Assembly (NCBI RefSeq): GCF_006345805.1
Contig: NC_043014.1
Location: 42,222,001-42,286,000, forward strand
Origin: Octopus sinensis
Taxonomy: Eukaryota
DNA: 64,000 nt
Direction: 5' to 3'
The position numbers were made by a program, and so were the translations under genes. Position 1 is the stretch's first letter, and the number at the start of each line of letters is the position of its first letter. The notes beneath the pieces were generated by a model. It saw nothing but the letters and a program-made list of their open reading frames with translations, was not told where the DNA came from and ran no database searches. Positions 1 to 11,471 of the stretch are shown piece after piece.

Positions 1-45
<45 letters not shown>

Positions 46-52
46 ATGTATG

Positions 53-83
<31 letters not shown>

Positions 84-84
84 A

Positions 85-300
85 TATGTTTGTGTGTCTG
101 TGTTTGTCCCCCCAACATCGCTTGACAACCGATGTTGGTGTGTTTACATCCCTGTAACCTAGTGGTTCAACAAAAGAGACTGATAGAATAAGTACTAGGC
201 TTACAAAGAATAAGTCCTGGGGTCGATTTGCTCGGCTAAAGGCGATGCCCCAGCATGGCCACAGTCCTACGACTGAAACAAGTAAACAAGTAAAAGAGAG
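85..300 (+). mobile_element. SINE family A, 3' half
   Basis: gtttgtccccccaacatcgcttgacaaccgatg...gaaacaagtaaa...gagag matches the 3' half of about 20 other copies in the window. Confidence 0.85.
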
Positions 301-666
301 GTTACTGACAGGTCATGTGACCACATAGAGGCTCCTTCATTGGTTTGTAAAGAGAAAGTTTTATCAGTTAGATATATCATCTTGTCAATGTTATCAAAAC
401 AATGTATTATATAATAGTTATTTGTTAAAAAATTTTTTTTTAAAAAGGTTTCCTTTTAATCTTTTAGTGAGGAGGGAAAGCAATGTGGGTGACCCTTTAC
501 AGGGTCTCCCAAAAAAGTGTTGGGAGAGAGGGAGGTATCCTAAAACTAAAGCCATGGCCCTAAGTGTTTGCAACAGAATGGACTCTGGTAGTGGCGGGAA
601 AACTGAGGTTAAATATCTATCTATCAGTCTGTTCATAATATATATATATATAATAAATAAATAAAT

Positions 667-912
667 GTGCCCTTTTTAAAGCCTAGCCAGGCTCATGGGC
701 TCGGTTTCCTGGTTTCTATAGCGTATGTGTGTACCCCAGCTGGACGGGACGCCAGTGCATCGCAGCGTTACTCATTTTTGCCAGCTGAGTGGACTGGAGC
801 AACATGAAATGAAGTGTTTTGCTCAAAAACACAACACATCGCCCAGTCTAGGAATCGAAACCACAATCTTACAATCATGATGCTGACACCCTAACCACTA
901 AGCCATGCGCTT
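667..912 (-). mobile_element. tRNA-derived SINE family E with CORE-like central domain
   Basis: Reverse strand shows a tRNA-like head (tagtggttagg...gtttcgattcc), then tgtgtttttgagcaaaacacttcattt and an (ATTT)n tail. The head recurs at 17487-17596. Confidence 0.75.
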
Positions 913-947
<35 letters not shown>

Positions 948-948
948 C

Positions 949-979
<31 letters not shown>

Positions 980-1254
980 CAGGGGTAGGTGCAAAAGTAG
1001 GTATACACTAAACTTCACATCAATCTTACAATATTTAATTCATTAAAATTATTAGTCCATTACATTACATTACAACTAAGTACATTAGTCAGCTTCATTT
1101 TCGATATTTTCTGTGCCATTAAGCCTAATAATATATTCATCATAACTATAATAATACTTTTATCGTAACTTTTAATTTTGTTTTCTGATGAAAATAAATA
1201 AGTATTGTACATGTTTTTTTTACATAACTGTATACCTACTTCTGCACCACCCTG
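980..1254. mobile_element. Tc1/mariner-type MITE (~275 bp)
   Basis: TIRs cagggg-taggtgcaaaagtaggtatac and gtatacctacttctgcaccaccctg; TA on the left, TG on the right. Confidence 0.75.
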
Positions 1255-1266
1255 TGTGTGTATGTA

Positions 1267-1304
<38 letters not shown>

Positions 1305-1308
<4 letters not shown>

Positions 1309-1435
1309 AAGGGTATCCAGCAGTAGAAACTCTGCCAGATCAAGATTGAAGCCTGGTGCAGCCATCTGGTTCGCCAGCCCTCAGTCAAATCGTCCAACCC
1401 ATGATAGCATGGAAAGCGGACGTTAAACGATGATG
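1305..1435 (+). mobile_element. RTE LINE extreme 3' end
   Basis: ggaagggtatccagcagtagaaactctgccagatc...gcatggaaagcggacgttaaacgatgatg, the same terminus as the RT-bearing copy at 21590-23547. Confidence 0.8.
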
Positions 1436-1472
1436 GTTATATATATATATATATACACACAAACACACATAT

Positions 1473-1503
<31 letters not shown>

Positions 1504-1561
1504 GCACACACACACATATCTATCTATCTATCTATATATATATATATCTATATATCTATAT

Positions 1562-1621
<60 letters not shown>

Positions 1622-2168
1622 GTAGAGAGAGAGAGAGAGAGATTGCTAGATAGATGTTTATCGTCTGTTTTCCCAGCTACCATGGGGTAAACGGGTGAGG
1701 TAACTGAAGCAAGATTCTTACAGCTGAGTGCCCTGCCCGTCGTTAAACCTGTTTTTTTTTTTTTTTTTTTCTTAAGTAAAGGAAGTTTAATTCCTGAGAA
1801 ATTCAAAAGCTAAGAGGTCGTAGGACAATTTGTTTGACAGAAACTGTCAACAAACGTTCCTGGTATCATCAACTTGGGATTAAGTCATGTTGTAAGATCA
1901 AGGGAGGTAAGTTTGTAACATTTTCAGTGGGGACTCTAAAGGGCAGACAACTATCAAAACTTGGCTAGCATTTTTTAAATAAAGGTACGGCGCCTCAAAT
2001 TTGAGGGAACAAAAGGGCAGTGGAGAGGTGGCTGAGACAGTAGAAGGGACCAAATGCTTTTATTGCGACTGGCTTAATGTCTCTTGATTCCAGATCCAAA
2101 TTCAGTCAGGGCTGGCTTTAACCTTCCTCTCTCAGGGACCAATAAGAGATGCTTGTATATAAATTTAA

Positions 2169-2619
2169 CCTTTTAACACTAAGATTATTCTGTCAAATGA
2201 TTATTTTATTCACATAATTATAAAATAATCATTCATTATCTCATAGCTTCGAGATTTCAATGATGTGATTGTTTATTTTTGCAATGACGTAATAGGATAC
2301 CTGTGAGAAATTAAATCTAGCTGGTTTGAACTTATACAATAATTTCATTATTATTATTTAAAACAGGTAAAATATTTGGGACAGATATTGCTGTTTTATA
2401 TGCTAAAGCAGTGGTTTTCAACCAGGGTTCCGCCAGTACAGTGCAGGGATTCCGCAAGAAGTTACAAAACTGCTAAAATCGGCAGTAATTTTTAATTCTC
2501 CTGTGCAGATATGTGTGCATAAGACTATTAAAATATTGCACAGGGGTTCCTCGAGCCAGTGGAATGTTCCCTTGGGGTTCCGCTCCAGCAAAACGTTTGA
2601 AAAGCACTGTGCTAAAGTG
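2169..2619. mobile_element. piggyBac-type MITE with TTAA flanks, host of a nested hAT MITE
   Basis: ttaa|ccttttaaca ... tgctaaagtg|ttaa (imperfect TIR of the ccctttagca type). Confidence 0.55.
2409..2609. mobile_element. hAT (Charlie-like) MITE, 201 bp
   Basis: TIR cagtggttttcaa / ttgaaaagcactg; exact 8-bp TSD tgctaaag at 2401-2408 and 2610-2617. Confidence 0.9.
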
Positions 2620-2934
2620 TTAATTCAATCATTTTTATATATCAATTTTGGTTTTATGACTAGTGAAAAAAACATTTCCCAATAAAAGTAAGTAGGCGCT
2701 GTCCCAGCATGGCCACAGTCTAATGGCTATACTTCACAAGAGCCAATTCAATGCATTGTTTTCTAATAATTGAAATATAACCAAAGATGAATTATGACAT
2801 ACTGAATAGACAGATGACTTCTCCCTTGAGACAAAATGAAAGAAATAATTATTTTAAACACTAATTTACACATATTTAAAATATATCTGATCGAGAGAAC
2901 CAATCATCATCTTCATCATCAGCATCATCATCAT

Positions 2935-3048
2935 TATTATTACCGAGTGAGAGAGCAGCGCATGCCATCAAAGTAACACTGGGGTACAATTATACAAAGC
3001 CCAATATACCTATCACGACTACCCGTCTGATAAAGGCACACCAGGTGC
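2935..3048 (-). mobile_element. Retroposon family F 3' end with (AAT)n tail
   Basis: Reverse complement of 59220-59320 (ctgggcttcgtata...gatggcatgcgctgctctctcactc-aataat). Confidence 0.7.
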
Positions 3049-3084
3049 TTATTATTTATTATCATTGTTATTATTTATGGTGGC

Positions 3085-3287
3085 AAGCTAGAAGAATCAT
3101 TAACATGCCAAGAAAAATTTTTAGCGGCATTTTGTTAGTCACTAAGTTCTGAGCAAATTCTACCGAGGTCAACTTTGCCTTTCATCCTCATGAGGTCGAC
3201 AAATTAAGTACCAGTGAAATACTGGGTTCGATATAACCGACTATCCCCTCCCCACAAACTTCAGGCCCCGTGCCTCCAGTAGAAAGA

Positions 3288-3322
<35 letters not shown>
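3085..3322 (+). mobile_element. SINE family B (B2 tail subtype)
   Basis: ggtggcaagctagaagaatc head, gaggtcaactttgcctttcatcc core, gccccgtgcctccagtagaaagaattattatt tail. Confidence 0.75.
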
Positions 3323-3333
3323 TACTACTATTT

Positions 3334-3850
3334 GGAGGTGCAGTGGCCCAGTGGTTAGGGTGGCGAACTTGCGGTTATAGGATCGCAGTTTCGATTCTCA
3401 GACCAGGCATTGTGAGTGTTTATTGAACGAAAACACCTAAAGCTCCAAGAGGCTCCAGCAGGGGTGGTGGTGAACCCTGCTGTACTCTTTCACCATAACT
3501 TTTTCTCACTCTTTTTTCCTGTTTCTGCTGTGCCTGTATTTCAAAGGGCCTTGTCACATTCTGTGTCACGCTGAATCTCCCCGAGAACTACGTTAAGGGT
3601 ACACGTGTCTGTGAAGCGCTCAGCCACTTGCACGTTAATATATGAGCTGCGACGTCACTGGTGCCAAGCTGTATCGGCCCCTTTGCCTTTCCCTTGGATA
3701 ACATCGGTGGCGTGGAGAGGGGATACCGGTATGCATGGGTGACTACTGGTCTTCTGTAAACAACTTTGCTCCCAGACTTGTGCCTCGGAGAGTAACTTTC
3801 TAGGTGCAATCCCATGGTCAGTCATGACCGAAGGGGGTTACAACAACAAC
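3334..3850 (+). mobile_element. SINE family C (tRNA-Arg-like head), long 3' subtype with (CAA)n tail
   Basis: ggaggtgcagtggcccagtggttaggg...gtttcgattc head; body shared with 48291-48678 up to cacgttaat, then diverges. Confidence 0.8.
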
Positions 3851-3876
3851 AATTATTATTATTATTATTATTTAAG

Positions 3877-4570
3877 GCAGCAAACTAGAAGACTCGTTAG
3901 CATGTCAAGCACAATGCTTAGTATATTTTGTTCATCACTAAGTTCTGAGCAAATTCTGCCAAGGTTGACTTAGCCTTTCATCCTCTCAAGGTCCATAACT
4001 TAAGAAACAGTGAAACATTGGGGCCAATGTAATCAACTAGTCCCCTCTCCACATATTTCAGGCATTGTGCCTATAGTAGAAAGGATTGTTATCATTATTA
4101 TTATAATACACCTCTCTTATGCTGCAAGCTAGCAGAATAGTTGGCACACTGGGCCAAATGCTTAGCAGCACTTCACCTATCTTTATGTTTGAGTTCAAAT
4201 TCCCATCAAGGCCCAATTTGCCTTTCATTCTTTTGGGTTCAGTGAAATAAATACCAGTTGAGCACCGGAATTTACGTAATTGACTAGTCTGCTCCCCATA
4301 AAATTGTTGCGACTGTGTCAAAATTTGAAACCGATATTACTGTGTAGTAATTACTAAGGGGGCGAGCTGGCAGAATTGTTAACATGCTGGGTAAAATGCT
4401 TAGCTACATTTCATCAGTCCTTATGTTCTGAGTTCAAATTCCACTGTGGTCAACTTTGTCTTTTACCCTTCTGGGGTCGATAGAATAAGTACCAGTTGAA
4501 CATTATAGTTGATGTAATCGTATTACTCTATCCCTGAAATTACTGGCCCTTTGTCAACATTTGAAACTAA
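3877..4570 (+). mobile_element. Three consecutive diverged SINE-B2 copies
   Basis: Head/B-box/core motifs repeated at ~3877, ~4120 and ~4360 in the same orientation. Confidence 0.7.
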
Positions 4571-4587
4571 TATTATATTTGAAACTA

Positions 4588-4988
4588 GACTGGCATCTGT
4601 GCTAGTGGAACGCTAAGAGCACCATCTGAGCATGATCGTTGCCAGAGCAGCTAACTGGCTTCCGGCACTTGTGCCGATAGCACGTGGAAAAACATTCAAG
4701 TGAGGTCGTTGCCGGTGCCGCTGGATTGGCTCCTGTGCAGGTGGCACGTAAAAAACACCATTTGAGCATGGCCGTTGCCAGTACCGCCTGACTGGCCCTT
4801 GTGCCAGTGGCACGTAAAAACACCCACTACACTCTCGGAGTAGTTGGTGTTAGGAAGGGCATCCAGCTGTAGAAACTCTGCCAGATCAGATTGGAGCCTG
4901 GTGCAGCCATCTGGTTCGCCAGTCCTCAGTCAAATCCTCCAACCCATGCTAGCATGGAAAGCGGATGTTAAATAATGATGATGATGAT
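4588..4988 (+). mobile_element. RTE LINE 3' UTR fragment with ~63-bp repeats and (GAT)n tail
   Basis: ggcacgtaaaaaacacc repeat units followed by the conserved RTE terminus. Confidence 0.85.
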
Positions 4989-5007
4989 AAATGAATATAA
5001 CAGAGAA

Positions 5008-5200
5008 GGTGGCGAAATGCCTAGCGGTATTCCGTCTGTCTTTACGTTCTGAGTTCAAATTCCACCGAGGTTGACTTTGCTTTTCATCCTTTCGGGGTCA
5101 ATAAATCAAGTACCAGTTGCATACTGAGGTCGATCTAATCAAATGACCCCTCTCACCTCCCACCAAAAAATTTCAGGCCTTGTGCCTAGCGTAGAACATA
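5008..5200 (+). mobile_element. SINE family B (B2), 5'-truncated
   Basis: gcggtattccgtctgtctttacgttctgagttcaaattcc...tttcaggccttgtgcc. Confidence 0.75.
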
Positions 5201-5664
5201 GAAAAGAATATTACAGCATAGTACTAAGTTCAGTTCTCCTTGAGAGCATGGCAGAGAGAGGACAGGATTTCATCAATGTGACTTGCTCTAGACATGCAGC
5301 GCAAACATAAAAACCTTCAGAGGTCTCTCCACTAGCAAATAAGTTCTGCTGCACCCCACAACATAATAATATGAAATCAATACATGTATTGAAGAACGTT
5401 TCGCTGACAAACAATATTCTATATTCAAATTACTTAGTTCTTCAGTCAGTTTGAACCATTGTGGTTTGAATCAAGCTGAAATACTGCCACAGTAATGGTA
5501 AATCAGTTTTGCATAACTAACTTTATTAGTCTTGGGTTATTTCCAAATAGGTTTGTAATTAAAAGACAACCTATAACCATCAGCCACTCTATCAATGCAT
5601 CTACTATCTTTTACATTGATTTTTTTTTCTATTACCTTTTCAAAGTGTATCATAAAATGGGTCA

Positions 5665-6211
5665 AACATGTATGTATGTAGGCATGTATTATCATGTATG
5701 CATGTACGTATGAATGTATCTGTATATGCATGTATGTATATGTGCATGTATATTATTTATGTGTATATGTATGTATGAATATATGCATGCTTACATGTAT
5801 GTATGTATGTATGTATGTATGTATGTATGTACGTATGTATGTATGTATGAGTTTATTTTGTCTGTCTGCATGTATGTATATATGCATGTATGCATGTATA
5901 TATGTATGCATGTACATATGAATATATCTGTATATGCATGTATGTATATGTGCATGTATGTATATCTGCATGTATATTATTTATGCGTATATGTATGTAT
6001 GAATATATGCATGCTTACATGTATGTATGTATGTATGTATGTATGTATGTATGTATGTATTTATGTATGAGTTTATTTTGTCTGTCTGCATGTATGTATG
6101 TATCCATGTATGTATGTATGCATGTATGCATGTATATATCTGTGTATGAAAATATGTGTGTGTGAATATATGAATGCATACATGTATGTATGCATGTATA
6201 TCATGTATGCA

Positions 6212-6247
<36 letters not shown>

Positions 6248-6419
6248 TATCATGTATGTGTAAATGTGTGTATGCATATATGTCTTGCATGTATGTATGT
6301 ATGTATGTATGTATGTATGTATGTATGTATGTATGTGTGTGTGTGTGTATGTATGTATGAATGTATGCATGTATGTATGAATATATCTGTGTATGAATAT
6401 ATGCATACATACATGTATA
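5665..6419. repeat. Degenerate (ATGT)n tract with ~230-bp higher-order duplication
   Basis: The marker gagtttattttgtctgtctgcatg occurs at ~5829 and ~6069. Confidence 0.9.
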
Positions 6420-6738
6420 GGCGTAGGAGTGGCTGTGTGGTAAGTAGCTTGCTTACCAGCCACATGGTTCCGGGTTCAGTCCCGCTGCATGGCACCTTGG
6501 GCAAGTGTCGTCTACTATAGCCTCGAGCCGACCAATGCCTTGTGAGTGAGTTTAGTAGACAGAAACTGAAAGAACCCCGTCATTGACGTTAGGAAGGGCA
6601 GCCAGCTGTAGAAACTCTGCCAGATCAAGATTGGAGCCTGGTGCAGCCATCTGGTTCGCCAGTGCTCAATCAAATCGTCCAACCCATGCTAGCATGAAAA
6701 GCGGATGTTAAACGATGATGATGATGATGATGATGATG
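6420..6738 (+). mobile_element. SINE-A 5' half joined directly to an RTE 3' terminus
   Basis: A head to aagaaccccgtc (6581), then gacgttaggaagggcagccagc...aaacgatgatgatg. Confidence 0.75.
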
Positions 6739-6804
6739 ACACACACACATATATATATACCTATATACACGATGGGCTTCTTTCAGTTTCCGTCTACCAA
6801 ATCT

Positions 6805-7390
6805 TCATGAAATTAACATGCAAGTGGCTGAATGCTCCACAGACATGCATACCCTTAATGTAGTTTTTAGGGTGATTCAGCATAACACAAAATGTGACAA
6901 GGCTGACCCTTTTGAATTACAGGGACATTTCATTTTTGCCAGTTGAGTGGAATGGAGCAATGAGTAATAAAGTGTCTTGCTCAAGGAAGTAATGCTCTGT
7001 CAGGTATTGAACTCATGTCCTTATGATCATGAGCTGCTTCCATAAACTATGAAACCAAGTGCCTTCTCACATACATGTCAGGCTGTCCATCATTTACAAC
7101 AAGTTGATCCGATCAATGGAACAGCCAGCTCATGAAATTAATATGCAAGTGGCTGAATGCTCCATGGACATGTGTACCCTTAATGTAGTTCTCAGGGAGG
7201 TCCACTGTGACACAGCATGTGACAGGGCTGGCCCTTTGAATTACGGGTTCTGTTCATTTTTGCCACCTGATTGGACTGGAGAAATTTGAAATAAAGTGTC
7301 TTGCTCAAGGACACAACATGTCACCAGGAATTGAACTCGTGAGCTTTCTGATCGTGAACCAAATGCCTTAACCACACTAAACCACAGGCC
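6805..7390 (-). mobile_element. Two diverged chimeric SINEs (family E/CORE-like head plus family C body)
   Basis: Each has aaattaa(c/t)atgcaagtggctgaatgctcca (C body, reverse complement) followed by aaagtgtcttgctcaagga (CORE-like, reverse complement). Confidence 0.65.
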
Positions 7391-7479
7391 TTCTTGATTT
7401 AATGTAGAGGTGGTTCAATTAGCTGTAAAACTGAATGTTCAGTGTCAAAACCAGCTGAGATTCCATTATGAATGTATGT

Positions 7480-7505
7480 GTGTGTGAGTGAGAGAGGGGG
7501 GGAGG

Positions 7506-7546
<41 letters not shown>

Positions 7547-7819
7547 TGTGTGTGTGTGTGTGTAAGTGTGTGTGTGTGTGTCTTATATGATAGTGCATGA
7601 AATCAAAATGTACCATGTAGCAGATGGTTATTTCCCATGCTCTGTGTGTGAGTGTGAATACATGTGTTTTGTGTCTGTGAGAGAGAGAGAGAGGGAGGAG
7701 TGGGAGAGAGGGAGGGAGTGGGAGAGAGGGAGGGAGTGGGAGAGAGGGAGGGAGAGAGGGAGAGAGGGAGAGAGGAGAGAGAGGGAGGGGAGAAAGAGGG
7801 AGGGAGAGAAAAAGAGAGG

Positions 7820-7851
<32 letters not shown>

Positions 7852-8560
7852 TGTGTGTGTGTGTGTGTGTAAGTGTGTGTGTGTGTGTCTTATATGATAG
7901 TGCATGAAATCAAAATGTACCATGTAGCAGATGGTTATTTCCCATGCTCTGTGTGTGAGTGTGAATACATGTGTTTTGTGTCTGTGAGAGAGAGAGAGAG
8001 GGAGGGAGTGGGAGAGAGGGAGGGAGTGGGAGAGAGGGAGGGAGTGGGAGAGAGGGAGGGAGAGAGGGAGAGAGGGAGAGAGAGAGAGGGAGGGAGAGAA
8101 AGAGGGAGGGAGAGAGAAAGAGAGGGAGAGAGAGAGAGAGGGAGAGAGAGAGTTTGTGTGTGTGTGTGTATGTGTGTTTATCTGTGAGTGCCTGTTGCTG
8201 TGTATAAAAAGTGAGAAAGAAAGGGGTAAAAAAAATGAATAAGTTGAGAAAGAAGAAAGAAAGAAAGAAAGAAAGAAAGAGAAAGCAAGAGAGAGGGAGA
8301 GACAGACAGACAGACAGACAGAGAAGAAAAATATAGAGGTTGATAGCTAGATAGAGACAGAATGAGAAAGGGAGATAGAGAGAGAGAAACAGACAGAGAG
8401 AGAGAGAAGAAAAACACAGAGGTTGATAGCTAGACAGAGACAGAATGAGAAAGAAAGAGAAAGAGAAATCGAGAGAGAGAGAGAAACAGACAGAGACCAA
8501 GACAGACAGGCAGACAGATAGACAGACAGACAGATAGACAGATAGACAGATAGACGGCCA
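7480..8560. repeat. GA/GT-rich tract with 307-bp tandem duplication and (GACA/GATA)n
   Basis: gtcttatatgatagtgcatgaaatc at 7580 and 7887. Confidence 0.9.
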
Positions 8561-9109
8561 TACATGCAAACGGTCAGCCAGACGGGCCGGACAAACACAT
8601 ATACCAAAAGATAAAGGGCAGATGTTTCTATATATCTAGTTATGAATATCAAACAGATATATAAACCGAAGCAAATATCTCTTTGAGACAGACTGACATG
8701 TGAGCTGATCTATTCCGAATCATTTGGCCAGTGTCAATCGAATGGCTCAATGTGACCTTATTGAACTTTGTTACCAACTTGAAGAGAAAGTGAACATTAT
8801 TATGATTTTTTTTTTTTTTTTGCTGGAAAGGAAATGAGAAGTTTAGTGGACATTAAATATAGAAGAGCTTCCTTCATTCTTTTATTCTTATATTCTTTTA
8901 TTCTTTTAGTTGTTTTTGTTGTTTTGGCCATTGGATTGCAGCCATACCATACAAAGATACTATTTTGAAAGTTTTTGTTTTTTTGTTTTTTTAAGCAATC
9001 AAACCAATGGAAATATCATTATTTCATATGTTTTTTTTGGGGGGGGAGGGGTTCCAAATCTGGTGTTCATTCTATTGGGCGCTTTTTTTTATGCTGCAAT
9101 ACTAAGTTG

Positions 9110-9290
9110 TAGGGATGTAACCAAACCAACACTAGTTGCCGAGTGTTGATGAGGAGGCATAACACAAACATACCCACACATGCATGCACACACAAACACA
9201 TACACACATGTGCACATATATATATACACACGCACACACACACACACACATATATATATGTATGTGCGTATATATACGTATATATATATA

Positions 9291-9323
<33 letters not shown>

Positions 9324-9326
9324 GTG

Positions 9327-9357
<31 letters not shown>

Positions 9358-9615
9358 GTATATGTGTGTGAGTGTGTGCGTGTATATATATAAACATATA
9401 TGCATGTGTGTATGCATGCACGTGTGTGTATTTGTGTGTATGTGAGTGTGTGTGCATGTGTGCATGCACATATGTTTATGTATGTAAATATTTATACCAT
9501 GGGCTTCTGAACAGTTTCCAACTGTCAAATTCATTCAGAACATTTTGGTCAACCTGAGACTGTAGTAGAAGACACTTACCCACAGTGCCACATTGCAGGA
9601 CGGAACCAAAAAGCC
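9110..9615 (-). mobile_element. Diverged SINE-A with expanded internal microsatellite
   Basis: taagttgtagggatgtaaccaaaccaacac ... (CA/TA)n ... gggcttctgaacagtttcc...gaagacacttaccc. Confidence 0.6.
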
Positions 9616-9761
9616 ACAATAGAATAAATACCAGGCTTAGAAATAATACTAAATACTGGAGGTCAATTTCTTCAACTAAAATTCTTCAAGACAGTGCCCC
9701 AGCATGGCCAAAGTCAAAATGATTGAAACAAATAAAAAATAAAAGACAGAAAAATATTTAC

Positions 9762-9793
<32 letters not shown>

Positions 9794-9954
9794 TTCCTGA
9801 AACTGTAAGGACATTTGGTAACTTGACTGACGAAAGAAGGCCACAAATGACCCATCCTTTTTTTCCCGTCCCTCTAATTGTTGTTTTTCCTGTTTGCCTT
9901 TGTATTGTCTATCTGTCTGGATATCTTATTGTCCTCTATTATGTTTTCGTTCCA

Positions 9955-10022
<68 letters not shown>

Positions 10023-10199
10023 TGTGTGTGTGTGTATAAGAAAAAAGAAAAAACATTTAAATACCAATATACATCAATGCAAAACTAATGTATTTAGTTT
10101 TCACTGAACACTGGTATAAACTGGAGAACTAGGATGCAAACATCCCTTAAAGGATTATAGGTTCTTGGTATGATTAAAGTATATATATATATGTATGTA

Positions 10200-10393
10200 T
10201 ATAGATATATCGCCATGATACATCGGTAGCCACTACACATTTTTTTTCTCTCCTTGTTTTTTCTGTGTCACTTTCTGTAGAAGAGCATAAGCTCGAAACG
10301 TAAAAGACCTTTTCTATTCCTGAGCGTTATACTAATACATCTGACTGTTTAATACACCACCTGTCTTTGTCTTTTGTTTTTTTTGTGAACTCT

Positions 10394-10398
<5 letters not shown>
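10200..10398 (+). mobile_element. TA-flanked small element carrying a hammerhead-like motif (Penelope-like/retrozyme-type, inferred)
   Basis: Homologous to 17885-18150(-) and 58640-58828(-); lies between (TA)n tracts. Confidence 0.7.
10271..10306 (+). ncRNA. Minimal type I hammerhead ribozyme-like motif, U at core position 6
   Basis: CUUU-CUGUAGA-A-GAGC(AUAA)GCUC-GAAAC-GUA|AAAG: stems I and II pair, and helix III is the ACGU palindrome. Confidence 0.6.
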
Positions 10399-10440
<42 letters not shown>

Positions 10441-11136
10441 TACATATATATAGTTGTCTCTCTATCTCTCTTCTTCTTTATCTGGCTATCTATCTATCCA
10501 TCTATCACTACTTCGCTCACTCTTTCTAGGTAACATAGATCCAACAGATTTAAACAATTGACGATTTGCTTGTGAATTGTTGGAGCAAATACGTTTAAAG
10601 TTTGATCTCATATTATTATGCAATTTTTTTTTAATACTTTTTCCAACATTAATCTTTGAATAAGCAAATGAGAGAGTGATAACTAGCATGCCTTTTCTCA
10701 ATGTGCCTTAAAACAAAGCATTTATTGAAGGTGAATTATCTGGTGGTCAGATTTATGCACCCCAAACATGCAATTTACAATCACTGAACAATTTCATATT
10801 TAAAAGTTATTCCATTTGAACCATTTGGCTAAATAACATTAGCATTTATATATCTACCTATTTTTTTATTTTATCAGTTTTTATTAGGATTTTTATATTT
10901 TACTTCATTTTGAATTTTTTTTTTTTTTGTTTTCTCACCTCATCACCCATTCTATCATAGGTGGGCTGTTTATCCATTTTTGTTTTCACAAACTTGGACG
11001 GTTTTAAAAATTGTTGATGCATGTTGGTGACTAGAAAGGTCATCGACTTGTATAAACAATTTGTCATGAAGCAAACAGCTGAAATTTTTATCAACCAGGA
11101 AGGAAGGCAGCTCAGGCTTGCTTGCATATGTAGTGT

Positions 11137-11166
<30 letters not shown>

Positions 11167-11172
<6 letters not shown>

Positions 11173-11350
11173 AGGAATGGCCCTAATAGGCCATTCGACT
11201 CACTAGAAAGAGCAGCCAAACTCAAACAGCTAAATAGTTGTAATTCTGAAATTGAAAGAGAAATAAAAACATTTACCAACTATTTAGCGGTTTGAGTTTG
11301 GCTGCTCTTTCTAGTGAGTCGAATGGCCTATTAGGGCCATTCCTTATATT
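11167..11350. repeat. Near-perfect inverted repeat (74-bp arms, 36-nt spacer)
   Basis: 11167-11240 is the reverse complement of 11277-11350 with one mismatch. Confidence 0.95.
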
Positions 11351-11471
11351 GTTGAATGTATATTATATAGTCTTTGACTATCTTTTCTTTCTCACTAGAC
11401 CGCTGGTAGCGGAGAATTTTTTCTAGAATTTTTTGCTACCCTTATATTTATATATATATATATATATATAT

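Noticed and set aside
5211-5414. Possible coding exon in unique sequence
   Set aside because: Short, no recognisable motif and no clear donor site
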